A stretch of DNA of 64,000 nucleotides from Candidatus Latescibacterota bacterium (GTDB taxonomy: Bacteria > Latescibacterota > UBA2968 > GCA-2709665): assembly GCA_963667175.2 (NCBI GenBank), contig CAXXXF010000003.1:480001-544000 (forward strand), given 5' to 3'. Positions 20,280-29,650 of the stretch are shown here, one piece after another. Position 1 is the stretch's first letter. Each line of letters begins with the position of its first letter. Position numbers and translations under genes: made by a program. A model generated the notes under the pieces. It did not search any database. It was not told where the DNA came from and saw only the letters and a list, made by a program, of their open reading frames with translations.

Positions 20280-20531
20280 GGCGGGCCAAACGGATGAAAC
20301 GTCCATACCTTGTTTCGGCAGGTGGACAATTCCGCCGAAACACCCTTCGTTTCACAAATGGTACATACGGTTTGCGCAATGGCACTTCCACCGGACAGTC
20401 TTGCAGGCGGAACTCAGTGTGCCACCAGGATCAGTTGGCTTGGAATTTGCCTTGTTGATCCCTGATCGTAAGGGTAAATTTGAATTGTTTCTTACAGATT
20501 CAATTGGATTAAAATCGAAATGGGGCATGAC

Positions 20532-20759
20532 ATGGAAACAAAGGTGGTACAAATTCGTGTTAGCAGTGAAGCAGCTGAGGCCTATCAGACAGCTTACAAA
20601 GCGGAACAACGAAAGATGAATGCCATGCTCAGCCTCAAACTTAGCGAGATCGGACGAGCGAAACGGCCGCTTGAGGTTGTAATGAGCGAGATTGGTCGCA
20701 AGGCGCAAGATCGAGGCATTACGGCGGAGATTCTGGAGTCCATCCTGAATGAACAGTAA
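20532..20759 (+). CDS. Orphan putative antitoxin
   Basis: IRVSSEAAEAY...MSEIGRKAQDRGITAEILESIL resembles antitoxins that usually precede PIN toxins. No toxin follows. Confidence 0.6.
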   Translation: METKVVQIRVSSEAAEAYQTAYKAEQRKMNAMLSLKLSEIGRAKRPLEVVMSEIGRKAQDRGITAEILESILNEQ

Positions 20760-21073
20760 TGCCCGCGCGGCAACGCATGCTCAGGGAGCGGCTCAGGATT
20801 CGAGGTCAATGGTGTGTAATAATGTAGACTGTAGAGTGCTCCGCTTAACCTCAATTCGACAAAAGCAGCAACGCTCCACCGCGACAAGACCTTCCGAATT
20901 GGGCCGAAAAGGTCGTCAGGAAGGACATTTTTTCCGTTTACATCAAGTGACCTGAAGCATCATAGAAATCAGCAGTTAAATCGCCTTTATTCACTTGCAC
21001 AACTTCGAATTAACGTCCCCGAATAATGACGAATCAAGGTTAATGACAAACCAAACCCGGAGGTAAGCGACAT

Positions 21074-21481
21074 ATGACCCCATGGAAGATCAACCTGGAC
21101 GACGTGCCTGAAGAACATCAGGAATGGACGTGGAAGACCGGAAAGTACGAACGCTATCGCCGGCATGTCTCCGTCGCCCTTGGAAACACGCCGGAAACGC
21201 CGCATCCGTTCGACGTGGAACTGACCCGTCTGCCACCGGGCGCGCGTCCCTGTCCGGTGCACTCGCACGACCGTATGTGGGAGTTCTTCATCGTCGTATC
21301 GGGCCGCGCCGTGGTGGACCGCGAAGGGGAATCCACCGAAGCCGTCGCCGGAGACTGCTTCATGCAGCCGGCCTGCACGCGGCACCGGATCCGGAACGCC
21401 AGCGACACGGAAGACCTGGTCTTCTACGTGATCGCGAACGACCCCGGCGTTCCCATCGTGAGCCGCAAATACGAGGTCTGA
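21074..21481 (+). CDS. Cupin domain protein
   Basis: PVHSH..WEFFIVVSG, GDCFMQP..TRHRIRN. GGAGG RBS. Confidence 0.88.
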   Translation: MTPWKINLDDVPEEHQEWTWKTGKYERYRRHVSVALGNTPETPHPFDVELTRLPPGARPCPVHSHDRMWEFFIVVSGRAVVDREGESTEAVAGDCFMQPACTRHRIRNASDTEDLVFYVIANDPGVPIVSRKYEV

Positions 21482-21620
21482 TCGGGCCGACGTAGCGCAC
21501 GGTCCTCCCGCCGCCGCCATCCGTCGCGAACGCCGAGCCCCCCGCACTGCGACGGGCCGGTCGATCGGTCCCCGTTTACTTCCTTGTCGCAGAATCCCCT
21601 CCTCCGCTCGTCTCGGGTAT

Positions 21621-22538
21621 GTGTTTGCATTCTTCGCCTGGGGATCAGAATTGGGGTTTTCCATCTCCGCCGGTGAGGTTTTCGGACTGACGTGCTCGTT
21701 CGTCTGGGCACTGAACAGCCTGATGGTGCGCACGCAGTCTCAGGCCATCCCGCCGGCGATGATGAACGGCATCCGGTGCGCCGTCGCGTCCGTCTTCTTC
21801 TGGGCGCTGCTCCCATTCGGCCCCCCGCTGTCCAGCTACACCCACGTCACCGGCACGGAATGGGCGCTCCTGGTGGGCGGGCTGCTGATCGGCATGGCCA
21901 TGGGCGAAACGATGTACCTGGCGGCGATCAGGGAGATCGGCGTTTCGCGCGCAATGGCGCTGTCGGGGACCTTCCCGCTGTCCACGTTCTTCTTCGAGTG
22001 GGCCCTGCTGCAGAATCCGTTCAGCCGGCGTTTCTTTCTCGGGATCTGCCTCGTGGCGCTGGGTGTGCTCTTTCTGTCGAGCCGGGCACGGCAGCCGGCC
22101 GGCGAGCGGCCCGACCGGCTGGCGCTGGGCGTGTTCCTCGCGCTGTTCGCCTGTCTGTTATGGGGGCTGAGCACGGTCATGCTCAAACCTGCGATTGCCC
22201 ACATGACGTCGGTGCAGGCCAACAGCGTCCGCGTGCCGCTCACCGCCGCGGTGCTCTTCCTGGCCCGGGCATGGGCGGGTCCGGTGATGCGCATCCGGGA
22301 TATCGATCGGCGTGCGCTGTTGATCGTGGCCGCCAGCGGCATCGTCGGCGTAGGCGCCGGATCCCTGTTCTACGTGATGGCGATCGACCGGATCGGACCC
22401 GCGAAGATGGCTACGCTGGCTTCCGTCTCTCCCGTCACAGGGATGTTGATGGCGGTTATCTTTCTCAAGGAAAAGCTGACGCTACGGCTGGTGGGTGGGG
22501 TGGTGCTGTGTGTGGCGGGGGTGTGGATGGTCCTTTAA
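21621..22538 (+). CDS. DMT/EamA family transporter
   Basis: About 10 TM helices in two repeats (AIREIGVSRA; AIDRIGPAK). Confidence 0.88.
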   Translation: MFAFFAWGSELGFSISAGEVFGLTCSFVWALNSLMVRTQSQAIPPAMMNGIRCAVASVFFWALLPFGPPLSSYTHVTGTEWALLVGGLLIGMAMGETMYLAAIREIGVSRAMALSGTFPLSTFFFEWALLQNPFSRRFFLGICLVALGVLFLSSRARQPAGERPDRLALGVFLALFACLLWGLSTVMLKPAIAHMTSVQANSVRVPLTAAVLFLARAWAGPVMRIRDIDRRALLIVAASGIVGVGAGSLFYVMAIDRIGPAKMATLASVSPVTGMLMAVIFLKEKLTLRLVGGVVLCVAGVWMVL

Positions 22539-22651
22539 GGCACGGGGAATGGCATGACCACGCACACTTGTGTGTGGATTGTTCCGCCGGGGACTCGTTT
22601 GCCATGACGGCATGCCTTTCTGTTTCGACTGGAATGGTGAGGAGTGGATCC

Positions 22652-23371
22652 ATGTTTCGCGAAATGATGGACGGTCTGTTTACCCGGGAATTGCTGGACG
22701 CACACACGGATGAATGGGGTATCGCCGGTTATTGCGGCCATCCGACGGCGGTGGGGTACTCGACCACGATCACGCCGGATGTGATTCGGACGGCGATTGA
22801 TCGCGGCGTAGACCTGATTGTCACCCATCACGATGCCTGGGATTTCATGTTCGAGCAGCGCGAGGAGGTAAGCGCTCTGCTGCGCCAGGGCGGGCTAACC
22901 CACGTCTGGGCGCACCTCCCGCTCGACCTGGCGGAATTCGGGACCTCCGCGATGCTGTTGTCGGAGTTGGGTTGCGCGCCTGTGGCGGTTCTGCAACACG
23001 CGGAAGGACGGGTGGGCGAACTTCCCGAACCCGAACCTCTGAACGCGGTGCGCGAGAGACTTTACGGATTGTTATCGGAGGAACCCTGCAGGGTACAGGA
23101 TGCGAATCGGTCCGTGAGGAGGGTAGCCACCGTAACGGGTGCCGGGTTTTATACGGACATCCTGAGAGACGCGCTGCAATACGATATCGACCTGTACGTC
23201 ACGGGGGAGACGAATCTCTATCTGCTGGAGTACGGGAAATACCGGAAGGTGAACGTGCTCGTGTACTCGCATAACTACACGGAGTTACCCGGCGTACGGG
23301 CCTTCGCGGAAAGAATCGCCGGCGCGCTCGGGCTCGAGCTGAAGGGACATCTGGGGGATTCTCATTGGTAG
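22652..23371 (+). CDS. Nif3-like dinuclear metal-centre protein
   Basis: DLIVTHHD, WAHLPLD, VTGAG, YVTGE, SHNYTE. Confidence 0.88.
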   Translation: MFREMMDGLFTRELLDAHTDEWGIAGYCGHPTAVGYSTTITPDVIRTAIDRGVDLIVTHHDAWDFMFEQREEVSALLRQGGLTHVWAHLPLDLAEFGTSAMLLSELGCAPVAVLQHAEGRVGELPEPEPLNAVRERLYGLLSEEPCRVQDANRSVRRVATVTGAGFYTDILRDALQYDIDLYVTGETNLYLLEYGKYRKVNVLVYSHNYTELPGVRAFAERIAGALGLELKGHLGDSHW

Positions 23372-23501
23372 TGGAATGTATTTCGACGACAACTCACGGA
23401 ACTACGGATGAATGATCTTCCGAATCACTGAATCTGCGTACGCCAGTCTATGAAATTTGGGAGACACGCAACCACGGAATTCTATGGACGGAGATTACGC
23501 G

Positions 23502-23762
23502 ATGTCGGATCGAGAGCGAAATACGATAGAATTGGAAAAGGTTGTTTCACGACATCCTGAAATTCACAGTGGAGACCTCGTTTTTGCAGGTACGCGGGTA
23601 CCGGTAGACAGCCTTGCCAATTATCTCAAAGAGGGGTACTCAATCGACGGGTTTCTCGATGATTTCCCTTCAGTGCAGCGATGGCAGATAGAATCATACC
23701 TCGATCTTGCGTCCGAGGGACTGGATTACCTGAGGGCTCAGAACGAGAGTGCTTCGCGTTGA
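23502..23762 (+). CDS. DUF433 family antitoxin (orphan)
   Basis: HPEIHSGDLVFAGTRVPV, FLDDFPSV. Confidence 0.85.
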   Translation: MSDRERNTIELEKVVSRHPEIHSGDLVFAGTRVPVDSLANYLKEGYSIDGFLDDFPSVQRWQIESYLDLASEGLDYLRAQNESASR

Positions 23763-23824
23763 AGATTTGGCGATTGACAGACACAGTCGTAGATGTTTCC
23801 TTTTCTGCTATCCCATTTGCGATC

Positions 23825-24313
23825 ATGGAAATGAGCCTTGCCGTCAAAATTCGGCGCGCCGTCAAGACGGACGTCCCGGCGCTTATTGACCTGGCGCAGC
23901 GGTCCTGGCTCTCCGGAAACTGCGAACTCGCCCCGATCGACGCGGTACAGGACTGGATGGAAACGGACCTCGAGACGAGGCGATATCCGGAGATATGGCC
24001 GAACGTCACGGTTGCGGAGCACCGGTCACGAATCCTGGGCCTCGCGTATGCCGACGGCCGGGAGGTCGCAGAACTGTGGGTTCACCCTTCATTTCAGAGG
24101 CGGAGCATCGGGAGCAGGTTGTTGCAGGCCTGCGAGCAGGAAATGCTCCGCGCGGGTCACGACGCCTCAAGACTGCAGTACTCAGAGTATAACGTGGCCG
24201 CGCCACACTTCTACCGTGCTCGCGGATACGTGGAGGTGAGCAGGTCGCGGGGCAGACTTCCATCCGGAGTGGAACGGGACATCATTGTCATGGAAAAAAT
24301 GCTGAACACCTGA
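23825..24313 (+). CDS. GNAT N-acetyltransferase
   Basis: LWVHPSFQRRSIGSRLL, NVAAPHFYRARGY. Confidence 0.85.
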   Translation: MEMSLAVKIRRAVKTDVPALIDLAQRSWLSGNCELAPIDAVQDWMETDLETRRYPEIWPNVTVAEHRSRILGLAYADGREVAELWVHPSFQRRSIGSRLLQACEQEMLRAGHDASRLQYSEYNVAAPHFYRARGYVEVSRSRGRLPSGVERDIIVMEKMLNT

Positions 24314-24403
24314 AAGACTCACGCGCCGTTCGCGGCCGATTCACCGGCGCTACCGCCCGGATAACGCAGCGCGATTCAACGTCTCGGGAGGAGGGTGCGA
24401 TCC

Positions 24404-24787
24404 GTGAAAGTCAAAGCGATTGACTTCGTGGTTTCCCACGTGACCGATACGAGGGAGGCGGTTCGTTTCTACCGGGACGTGCTCGGGATCGATCAGGACT
24501 TTATCGACGACGGCGGGATTTCCGGGGACGGCTCGAAGGACAGGTGGACGGAGTTCGACACCCGCCCGGTGACCCTGGCGCTTGCCCGGTGGGAAGAACA
24601 CGCGGGGCGTCCGGGGATCGCGCTCGCCGTGGACGACGTGGACGAGGCGGCGGAGGAACTGCGAGGGAAGGGCGTCGAAATCGTGATGGAACCGGCAGAC
24701 AGCGGGAGCTGCCGGATGGCCTGGATCAAGGACCCGTGGGGAAACCTGCTCTGTATCCATCGTCGAGACGACGGTTCGTGCGGATAG
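24404..24787 (+). CDS. VOC/glyoxalase family protein
   Basis: FYRDVLG, ALAVDDVD, IKDPWGN. Strong RBS. Confidence 0.88.
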   Translation: MKVKAIDFVVSHVTDTREAVRFYRDVLGIDQDFIDDGGISGDGSKDRWTEFDTRPVTLALARWEEHAGRPGIALAVDDVDEAAEELRGKGVEIVMEPADSGSCRMAWIKDPWGNLLCIHRRDDGSCG

Positions 24788-24840
24788 GCACGAACGCACT
24801 TTGGGTCGAAGTCCTATAGTCAGACTCTACGACGCGACAA

Positions 24841-25821
24841 ATGCACAGCTACGAACCACGAAAAAGGAGAAACAAGTTGATATATCAACCACCTGCAGAA
24901 TTACGGAGCCGAGCCCTGCAGTTGTTCTTCAAAGACGGTAGATCTGACGGCATGAGGACGGCCGAAATTTTCAATTGGTCCGGCCACGTGCTGATATCAC
25001 CACGCACACGTATCGGTGAAGCCCTGAAACGAACCGAAGCCAGGTATACCGGCGTATACCTTCTAACAGGTGATAAAGACGGTAAAGCATGCGTCTATAT
25101 TGGGGAAGCGATCGAATTGAGCGAGCGCATACGGCAACACGCCAGCAAGAAGGATTGGTGGAATACGGCGGTGATGGTTACAACTAGCGCGAACAATTTG
25201 AATAAAGCCCACGTGATGTTCCTGGAAGCGTGCCTGTTAGAGCAAGCACAGAAAGTAGACGAAGTTATCATTGACAATGACAGAACACCCAATAAACCCG
25301 AACTTTCAGAGCCCGACGAAGCAAACATGAAGGAATTCCTCGATTATACATTTATGGTCCTACCTGCAATAGGAATCGACTGCTTTATTCGGAGGACTCG
25401 GCCGCCGACTAAAGAGACCGGCGGTTCCGGCGGCGAGAACGAAACACAAAAATTCGAGCTATTCAATCGGAAAAACAACATTACTGCATACGCAAGGCTT
25501 GAAAACGGTGAATTTATCGTTGAGACGGGATCCCGCGCGAGATCTTCTTGGGCCAGCCAGCAGTCGGAACATACGTATGCGAGGTTGCACTCACAATTGC
25601 TGCGAACGGGCGTGATTGAGGAAAAGGAAGGCCCAAAATCACGGACTGATCAATCGAGAATCCACGTCTTCAGCGAGGACTGTGTATTCCAGAGTCCGAG
25701 TGCAGCTGCCGCCGTTGTAAACGGACGCCCGGCGAACGGCAGGACGGAATGGAAGATCAGGGGGCAAGACACAACATACGAACAATGGGAGAGGGATCAG
25801 CTTGATTCTCTAGTAATATAG
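24841..25821 (+). CDS. GIY-YIG nuclease family protein with C-terminal DUF4357-like domain
   Basis: GVYLLTG..VYIGEA..RIRQH..KDWW, C-terminal FQSPSAAAAVVNGRPANGRTEWK. Visibly lower GC than its neighbours. Confidence 0.8.
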   Translation: MHSYEPRKRRNKLIYQPPAELRSRALQLFFKDGRSDGMRTAEIFNWSGHVLISPRTRIGEALKRTEARYTGVYLLTGDKDGKACVYIGEAIELSERIRQHASKKDWWNTAVMVTTSANNLNKAHVMFLEACLLEQAQKVDEVIIDNDRTPNKPELSEPDEANMKEFLDYTFMVLPAIGIDCFIRRTRPPTKETGGSGGENETQKFELFNRKNNITAYARLENGEFIVETGSRARSSWASQQSEHTYARLHSQLLRTGVIEEKEGPKSRTDQSRIHVFSEDCVFQSPSAAAAVVNGRPANGRTEWKIRGQDTTYEQWERDQLDSLVI

Positions 25822-26091
25822 AGACCGGTCAAATGTCGTCATCGGCAATCTGTCACGCTATAGGTAGCACACAGAAGCGTAAACTTCGGTACAAATTCCG
25901 TGTCTTGAGTAAGTTGGGGTAATTCGCGGAAGGATGCCATCACCGTAGGCCGGGGTTTGGTCGCAATCTTCCTCAGCGCGATCGTTGCGAGGCCGCCGAA
26001 GAATTCGTGAAGGCAAGGGTACAAACACTTCCTAGGGCTTGCGCACCGAGCGGTTGTTGGGGAAGAGTCGATGGGACGATTCGAGGGCTGC

Positions 26092-26133
26092 AAAACAAAG
26101 CCTGCCAATAGCTATACTGGCAGGCAGGTTTTT
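26092..26133. terminator. Hairpin, probable bidirectional terminator
   Basis: AAAAC..GCCTGCCA-loop-TGGCAGGC..GGTTTT between convergent genes. Confidence 0.45.
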
Positions 26134-26160
26134 GACGAAGCTATGAAGTGCGGTGAATTC

Positions 26161-26391
26161 TTAATCTTTTGTGTCTAACCTTGTTTCGTTTGCGGCGATG
26201 CGTTCCCCGAAAGAATCCAGGCGTTCGTCGATCTTGTCGAGGCGGACTTCGATTCTGTCAAAACGCTTGTCCAGCCGTTTTTCCAAGTCGCTTGTTATAT
26301 AGTATGCAAAACCAAAGTTGGACGCCATTAACGTAGCGACAGCGACAAACATTCGCATGGTCTCGACGGACCAAAACTTCCTTTCTTCCAT
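26161..26391 (-). CDS. Small TM + coiled-coil protein
   Basis: GGAGG RBS. One TM helix followed by heptads RLDKRFDRIEVRLDKIDERLD. Confidence 0.7.
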   Translation of the reverse strand: MEERKFWSVETMRMFVAVATLMASNFGFAYYITSDLEKRLDKRFDRIEVRLDKIDERLDSFGERIAANETRLDTKD

Positions 26392-26592
26392 CGTTAACCT
26401 CCGCAGTTGTCTTTTGCGCAACTCTTACATAAAAGTACGGCAAGGGAGTACTGTTTGTCAAGTGATTTTGCAAAAGTACCAGACTGTACGTTTGGCCGTG
26501 AGTACGTCGAGAATGTCGACCAGAAGCGCGACAATTCTTCCTCTCTAACCACGTCAGTTTCCGATATTCAGCTTTAAACGGGCCGATTTTCC

Positions 26593-27423
26593 ATGGTCGA
26601 CGAAATTTCTTCACGAAGCGACGACGAGACGACGCTCGGCGATGACGTCACAGGCGGTCTCGGCGAATTCCGGCTCATGCATCCGCCGGGGACGACGCCG
26701 GTCACGCCGGCCAGCAAGATTTCCATCGAGGCGATCGGCGCACATGGAGACCTGCTCGAGGGGACCGGCATCGACTGGGGAAGCGGCGGCGGCTGCCTGT
26801 CCATCATGGCCGCGCGGACACCCGGGGTAACCCGCGTTGTGGGCCTCGAAATCGATGAAACAAACGTATCCATAGCGAGGAGGAACGCCAGGTTGAACGG
26901 CGTCGAAGACAAAGTCACCGTCATGCGTTCGGATTCATACACTCCGTTCGCGGAGGGCGACAGGCGGACGCTCGATGCGGTGAAGGGGCGAGCGGATTTC
27001 CTCATCGCGAATCCCGATGCCAGCGACGATGACGACGGATTCGGATACAGGCGGGCCGTGCTTCGCGGCGCCAGGGAATATCTGCGCAACGGCGGCCGGG
27101 TCTTCCTGAGCATATCGTATCAATACGGCCAGACGAGGATTAAGGGGCTGGAGGAGGACGTCCCTGGATTCTACCACGAAGGCGTCCTGGCGAGAAGCGA
27201 GTGCGTCCCTTTCGATCTGGGGCGATCCGACCTGCTGAACTGCCTTAAAGTGTATGCACGGGAGGAATCAACAGGGGGCCTCGAATACGCGTTCTGCAAT
27301 CCCTTGCGACCGTCCCAGACGATGAACGCGCGGGCTTCGCTTGCGTTCTACGAACGGACCGGAAAATGTCCGCTGTCGCAGTGGCAGACGCATCTCTTCA
27401 GGTACTTGCCGGTCCGCCTGTAG
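26593..27423 (+). CDS. SAM-dependent methyltransferase (PrmC/MTS-like)
   Basis: IDWGSGGG, GLEID, ARRNARLNG, LIANP. Confidence 0.8.
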   Translation: MVDEISSRSDDETTLGDDVTGGLGEFRLMHPPGTTPVTPASKISIEAIGAHGDLLEGTGIDWGSGGGCLSIMAARTPGVTRVVGLEIDETNVSIARRNARLNGVEDKVTVMRSDSYTPFAEGDRRTLDAVKGRADFLIANPDASDDDDGFGYRRAVLRGAREYLRNGGRVFLSISYQYGQTRIKGLEEDVPGFYHEGVLARSECVPFDLGRSDLLNCLKVYAREESTGGLEYAFCNPLRPSQTMNARASLAFYERTGKCPLSQWQTHLFRYLPVRL

Positions 27424-27470
27424 CCACCCCTGCAGTGGCTTGTCCGGACATTGAGTGAGCGGACCTGAGG

Positions 27471-27527
27471 GTGGGGCCTGCCTGCAGCGCAGTTCGCTGC
27501 GCAGGCAGGCAGACATTCCTGTCTGCC
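27471..27527. repeat. REP-like palindrome interrupted by a GCCTGCCTGC..GCAGGCAGGC hairpin
   Basis: GTGGG[GCCTGCCTGCAGCGCAGTTCGCTGCGCAGGCAGGC]AGACATTCCTGTCTGCC. Confidence 0.65.
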
Positions 27528-27570
27528 CTTTGCATTCGCGCACGCGGGGAGCACACCTGGGGGCGCGGGA

Positions 27571-28332
27571 TCATCCCGATTTCGCGTCCGATTTGTGTAC
27601 GGCGACGAACTTGTCGATCTGGCGGAAGATCCTGTGCAGGGTCGCGACGTCGCGCCGGTCCATGGACAGGCGGCCGAAGAGGCGCCGTATGGACCGCGGG
27701 AAAGCCCTGGGCATATAGTCGGCCGGGAAGCCCAGCTTGTCCAGGCCGGACGCGATGTGGGCGTATAGGGACTCCATCTCTTCGAAGGACGGGTGATCCA
27801 GTTCCGGTTCTTCGCGGGGATCTGCCGCCGCGCGGTATAGTTCGTACCCGAAGATGAGCACGGCCTGGGAGAGGTTCAGCGAGGGATACCTGTGGGCCGT
27901 GGGGATATTCGCGATGATGCTGCACAGCCGCAATTCATCGTTGGTCAGGCCGTTTTCCTCCCGGCCGAAGACGAGGGCGGCTTCGTTGTCTCCCGGCAGG
28001 GAAACCAGCTTCTCCGCCGCGTGCCGGGGCCCGTACATGACGTCGAAGTGCTCCCGTTTCCTGTGGGTCGTGCCAACGGAGAGCACCGTGCCGGAGAGGG
28101 CTTCTTCGAGCGATTCACAGACGGTGGCGCCATAGAGTACGTCGCCCGAACCGTGCGCCATCTTTCGGGCGTCTCCGCACGTGTGGTCGGGCGGGTCCAC
28201 GAGGTAGAGCCTCGAGAGTCCCATGTTCTTCATAGCGCGTGCCACCGAGCCGACGTTGCCGGGCTCCTTGGCGCCCGTCAGGACAACGCGAACGCGGTCG
28301 AGCGCTTCCGGCGCCGTCGATTGTTGCCGCAT
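27571..28332 (-). CDS. trmJ: tRNA (cytidine/uridine-2'-O)-methyltransferase TrmJ
   Basis: PGNVGSVARAMKNMG, VFGREENGLTNDEL, YPSLNLSQAV. Confidence 0.9.
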   Translation of the reverse strand: MRQQSTAPEALDRVRVVLTGAKEPGNVGSVARAMKNMGLSRLYLVDPPDHTCGDARKMAHGSGDVLYGATVCESLEEALSGTVLSVGTTHRKREHFDVMYGPRHAAEKLVSLPGDNEAALVFGREENGLTNDELRLCSIIANIPTAHRYPSLNLSQAVLIFGYELYRAAADPREEPELDHPSFEEMESLYAHIASGLDKLGFPADYMPRAFPRSIRRLFGRLSMDRRDVATLHRIFRQIDKFVAVHKSDAKSG

Positions 28333-28435
28333 TTGCTGCTCCTTGACTTATTTCGCAGCCGGCGCGCGTTCCCTGAAGGCGCGCTGTGAAGGCCGGTTCC
28401 CGCGCCTCCGTCGCGGCGTCGGGCCCGCCGGTCGG

Positions 28436-29650
28436 CTACTGACTCAACAGGCGTTTCCATCCCCGTGGGACGGCATTGGTTTCCAGCAGCATCAGCACCG
28501 CCTGCCGCTGCGCGGTCTTCAGGCTGTCGTCCCGGGCCTTCCAATAGGCGTCTCCGCGGCGGGTGGCGTTCGGACGCATCGAAAAAGCGTCCCGGCTGAA
28601 GACGGAATCGAGTAGCGCGGGGTTCAGCGAATAGCCGCCAATGCGGGTGGTCTGTTCGGCCACGGCGCCTGTGCCGGTGGTAATGCGCACGGTTTGCAGA
28701 ACCGGCAGCCAGTAACGGTCGTAGTAAAGCGCGTTTTGCTGGTAGGTGCGCAATTCCTCGACGCCGAGCGGTTTTCGCCCCCTCTTGTTCAACCGCAGGT
28801 CGTAGCCCACCAGCGAGAAGTCGTCCGCGGAGATCCAGATCGCCCCTTCAAGTCCGGGGCGCCTCTTCTTACTCGGCTCGACGCGAATCCGGTGCACCGC
28901 CACGTCGCCCATCTGTACGGTTCCGACCAGACGATAGCGGTAATTCTCCCGGGCGTCGGAGGCCAGCGGAAGCGGACCCACGTCGAAATCGCGGCCATTG
29001 AGGCGGCCGCTGCGGATATTGACGATCACGCCGGGATGCATGCCGAACTGCTGCGCAGGCGCCTGTCGCGACCGGTACGCCGTGATGACCTGGACGATCT
29101 CTCCCGGACTCCGATAGTACCCCAAACCATCGAACTCGATGCGAGCGAGGACACTTGAACCGGCGCCGGCGGCGGCGTACAAGGTCTGAGTACCCCGCAA
29201 CGTGAAACGATGCGTTTGGAGATCCGCGTAGCGCGTATGGAAGACGTTCTCGCGGGGTTCCCGGCCTGCTTCGTCGAGGAGCGCCTTGAGGGACGGTCGC
29301 GGAAGGTCGACGTGTGACTTGAGGGGAATGGGAGACGGGGAGAGCAGGATGTCCAGCGGGCTCTCCGGAGCCGCGGCCGAGTCAATCTCCCGCAGTGCGG
29401 TCCGATAGCCCACCAGGGAGACCCGGAGGCGTATCGGGCCCGCGGGCAGGTCGGTGAGCGAGAATCGGCCATGGAGGTCCGTATGGTCTCCCCGCTTGAG
29501 TTCCGGCAGGATGACCGTGGCGTACGGAAGCGGCGCGCGCGTCGCACTGTCTCTCACGGCGCCGGTCAGGGTCGCCGAGCGCGTGGGCGCCTGAAGGAAG
29601 TGCAGCGCGAACAAGCCGGCGATGACGTTAGAAAAATGCCGTGCGGACAT
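28436..29650 (-). CDS. Exported protein with carboxypeptidase-like regulatory domain and DUF5686-like domain
   Basis: Signal peptide, GAVRDSATRAPLPYATV, SLVGY, PLASDARENYRYRL, GAIWI..D, YWLP. Confidence 0.7.
   Translation of the reverse strand: MSARHFSNVIAGLFALHFLQAPTRSATLTGAVRDSATRAPLPYATVILPELKRGDHTDLHGRFSLTDLPAGPIRLRVSLVGYRTALREIDSAAAPESPLDILLSPSPIPLKSHVDLPRPSLKALLDEAGREPRENVFHTRYADLQTHRFTLRGTQTLYAAAGAGSSVLARIEFDGLGYYRSPGEIVQVITAYRSRQAPAQQFGMHPGVIVNIRSGRLNGRDFDVGPLPLASDARENYRYRLVGTVQMGDVAVHRIRVEPSKKRRPGLEGAIWISADDFSLVGYDLRLNKRGRKPLGVEELRTYQQNALYYDRYWLPVLQTVRITTGTGAVAEQTTRIGGYSLNPALLDSVFSRDAFSMRPNATRRGDAYWKARDDSLKTAQRQAVLMLLETNAVPRGWKRLLSQ

Noticed and set aside
21692-23371. 559-aa Nif3 fusion
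   Set aside because: The N-terminal part is an alternative frame over the EamA gene. The real start is near 22652.
17100-27423. Integron cassette array (many small co-oriented accessory genes)
   Set aside because: No integrase and no recurring attC-like structures between genes. The single GTTAGAC/GTCTAAC pair belongs to the heptamer repeat.
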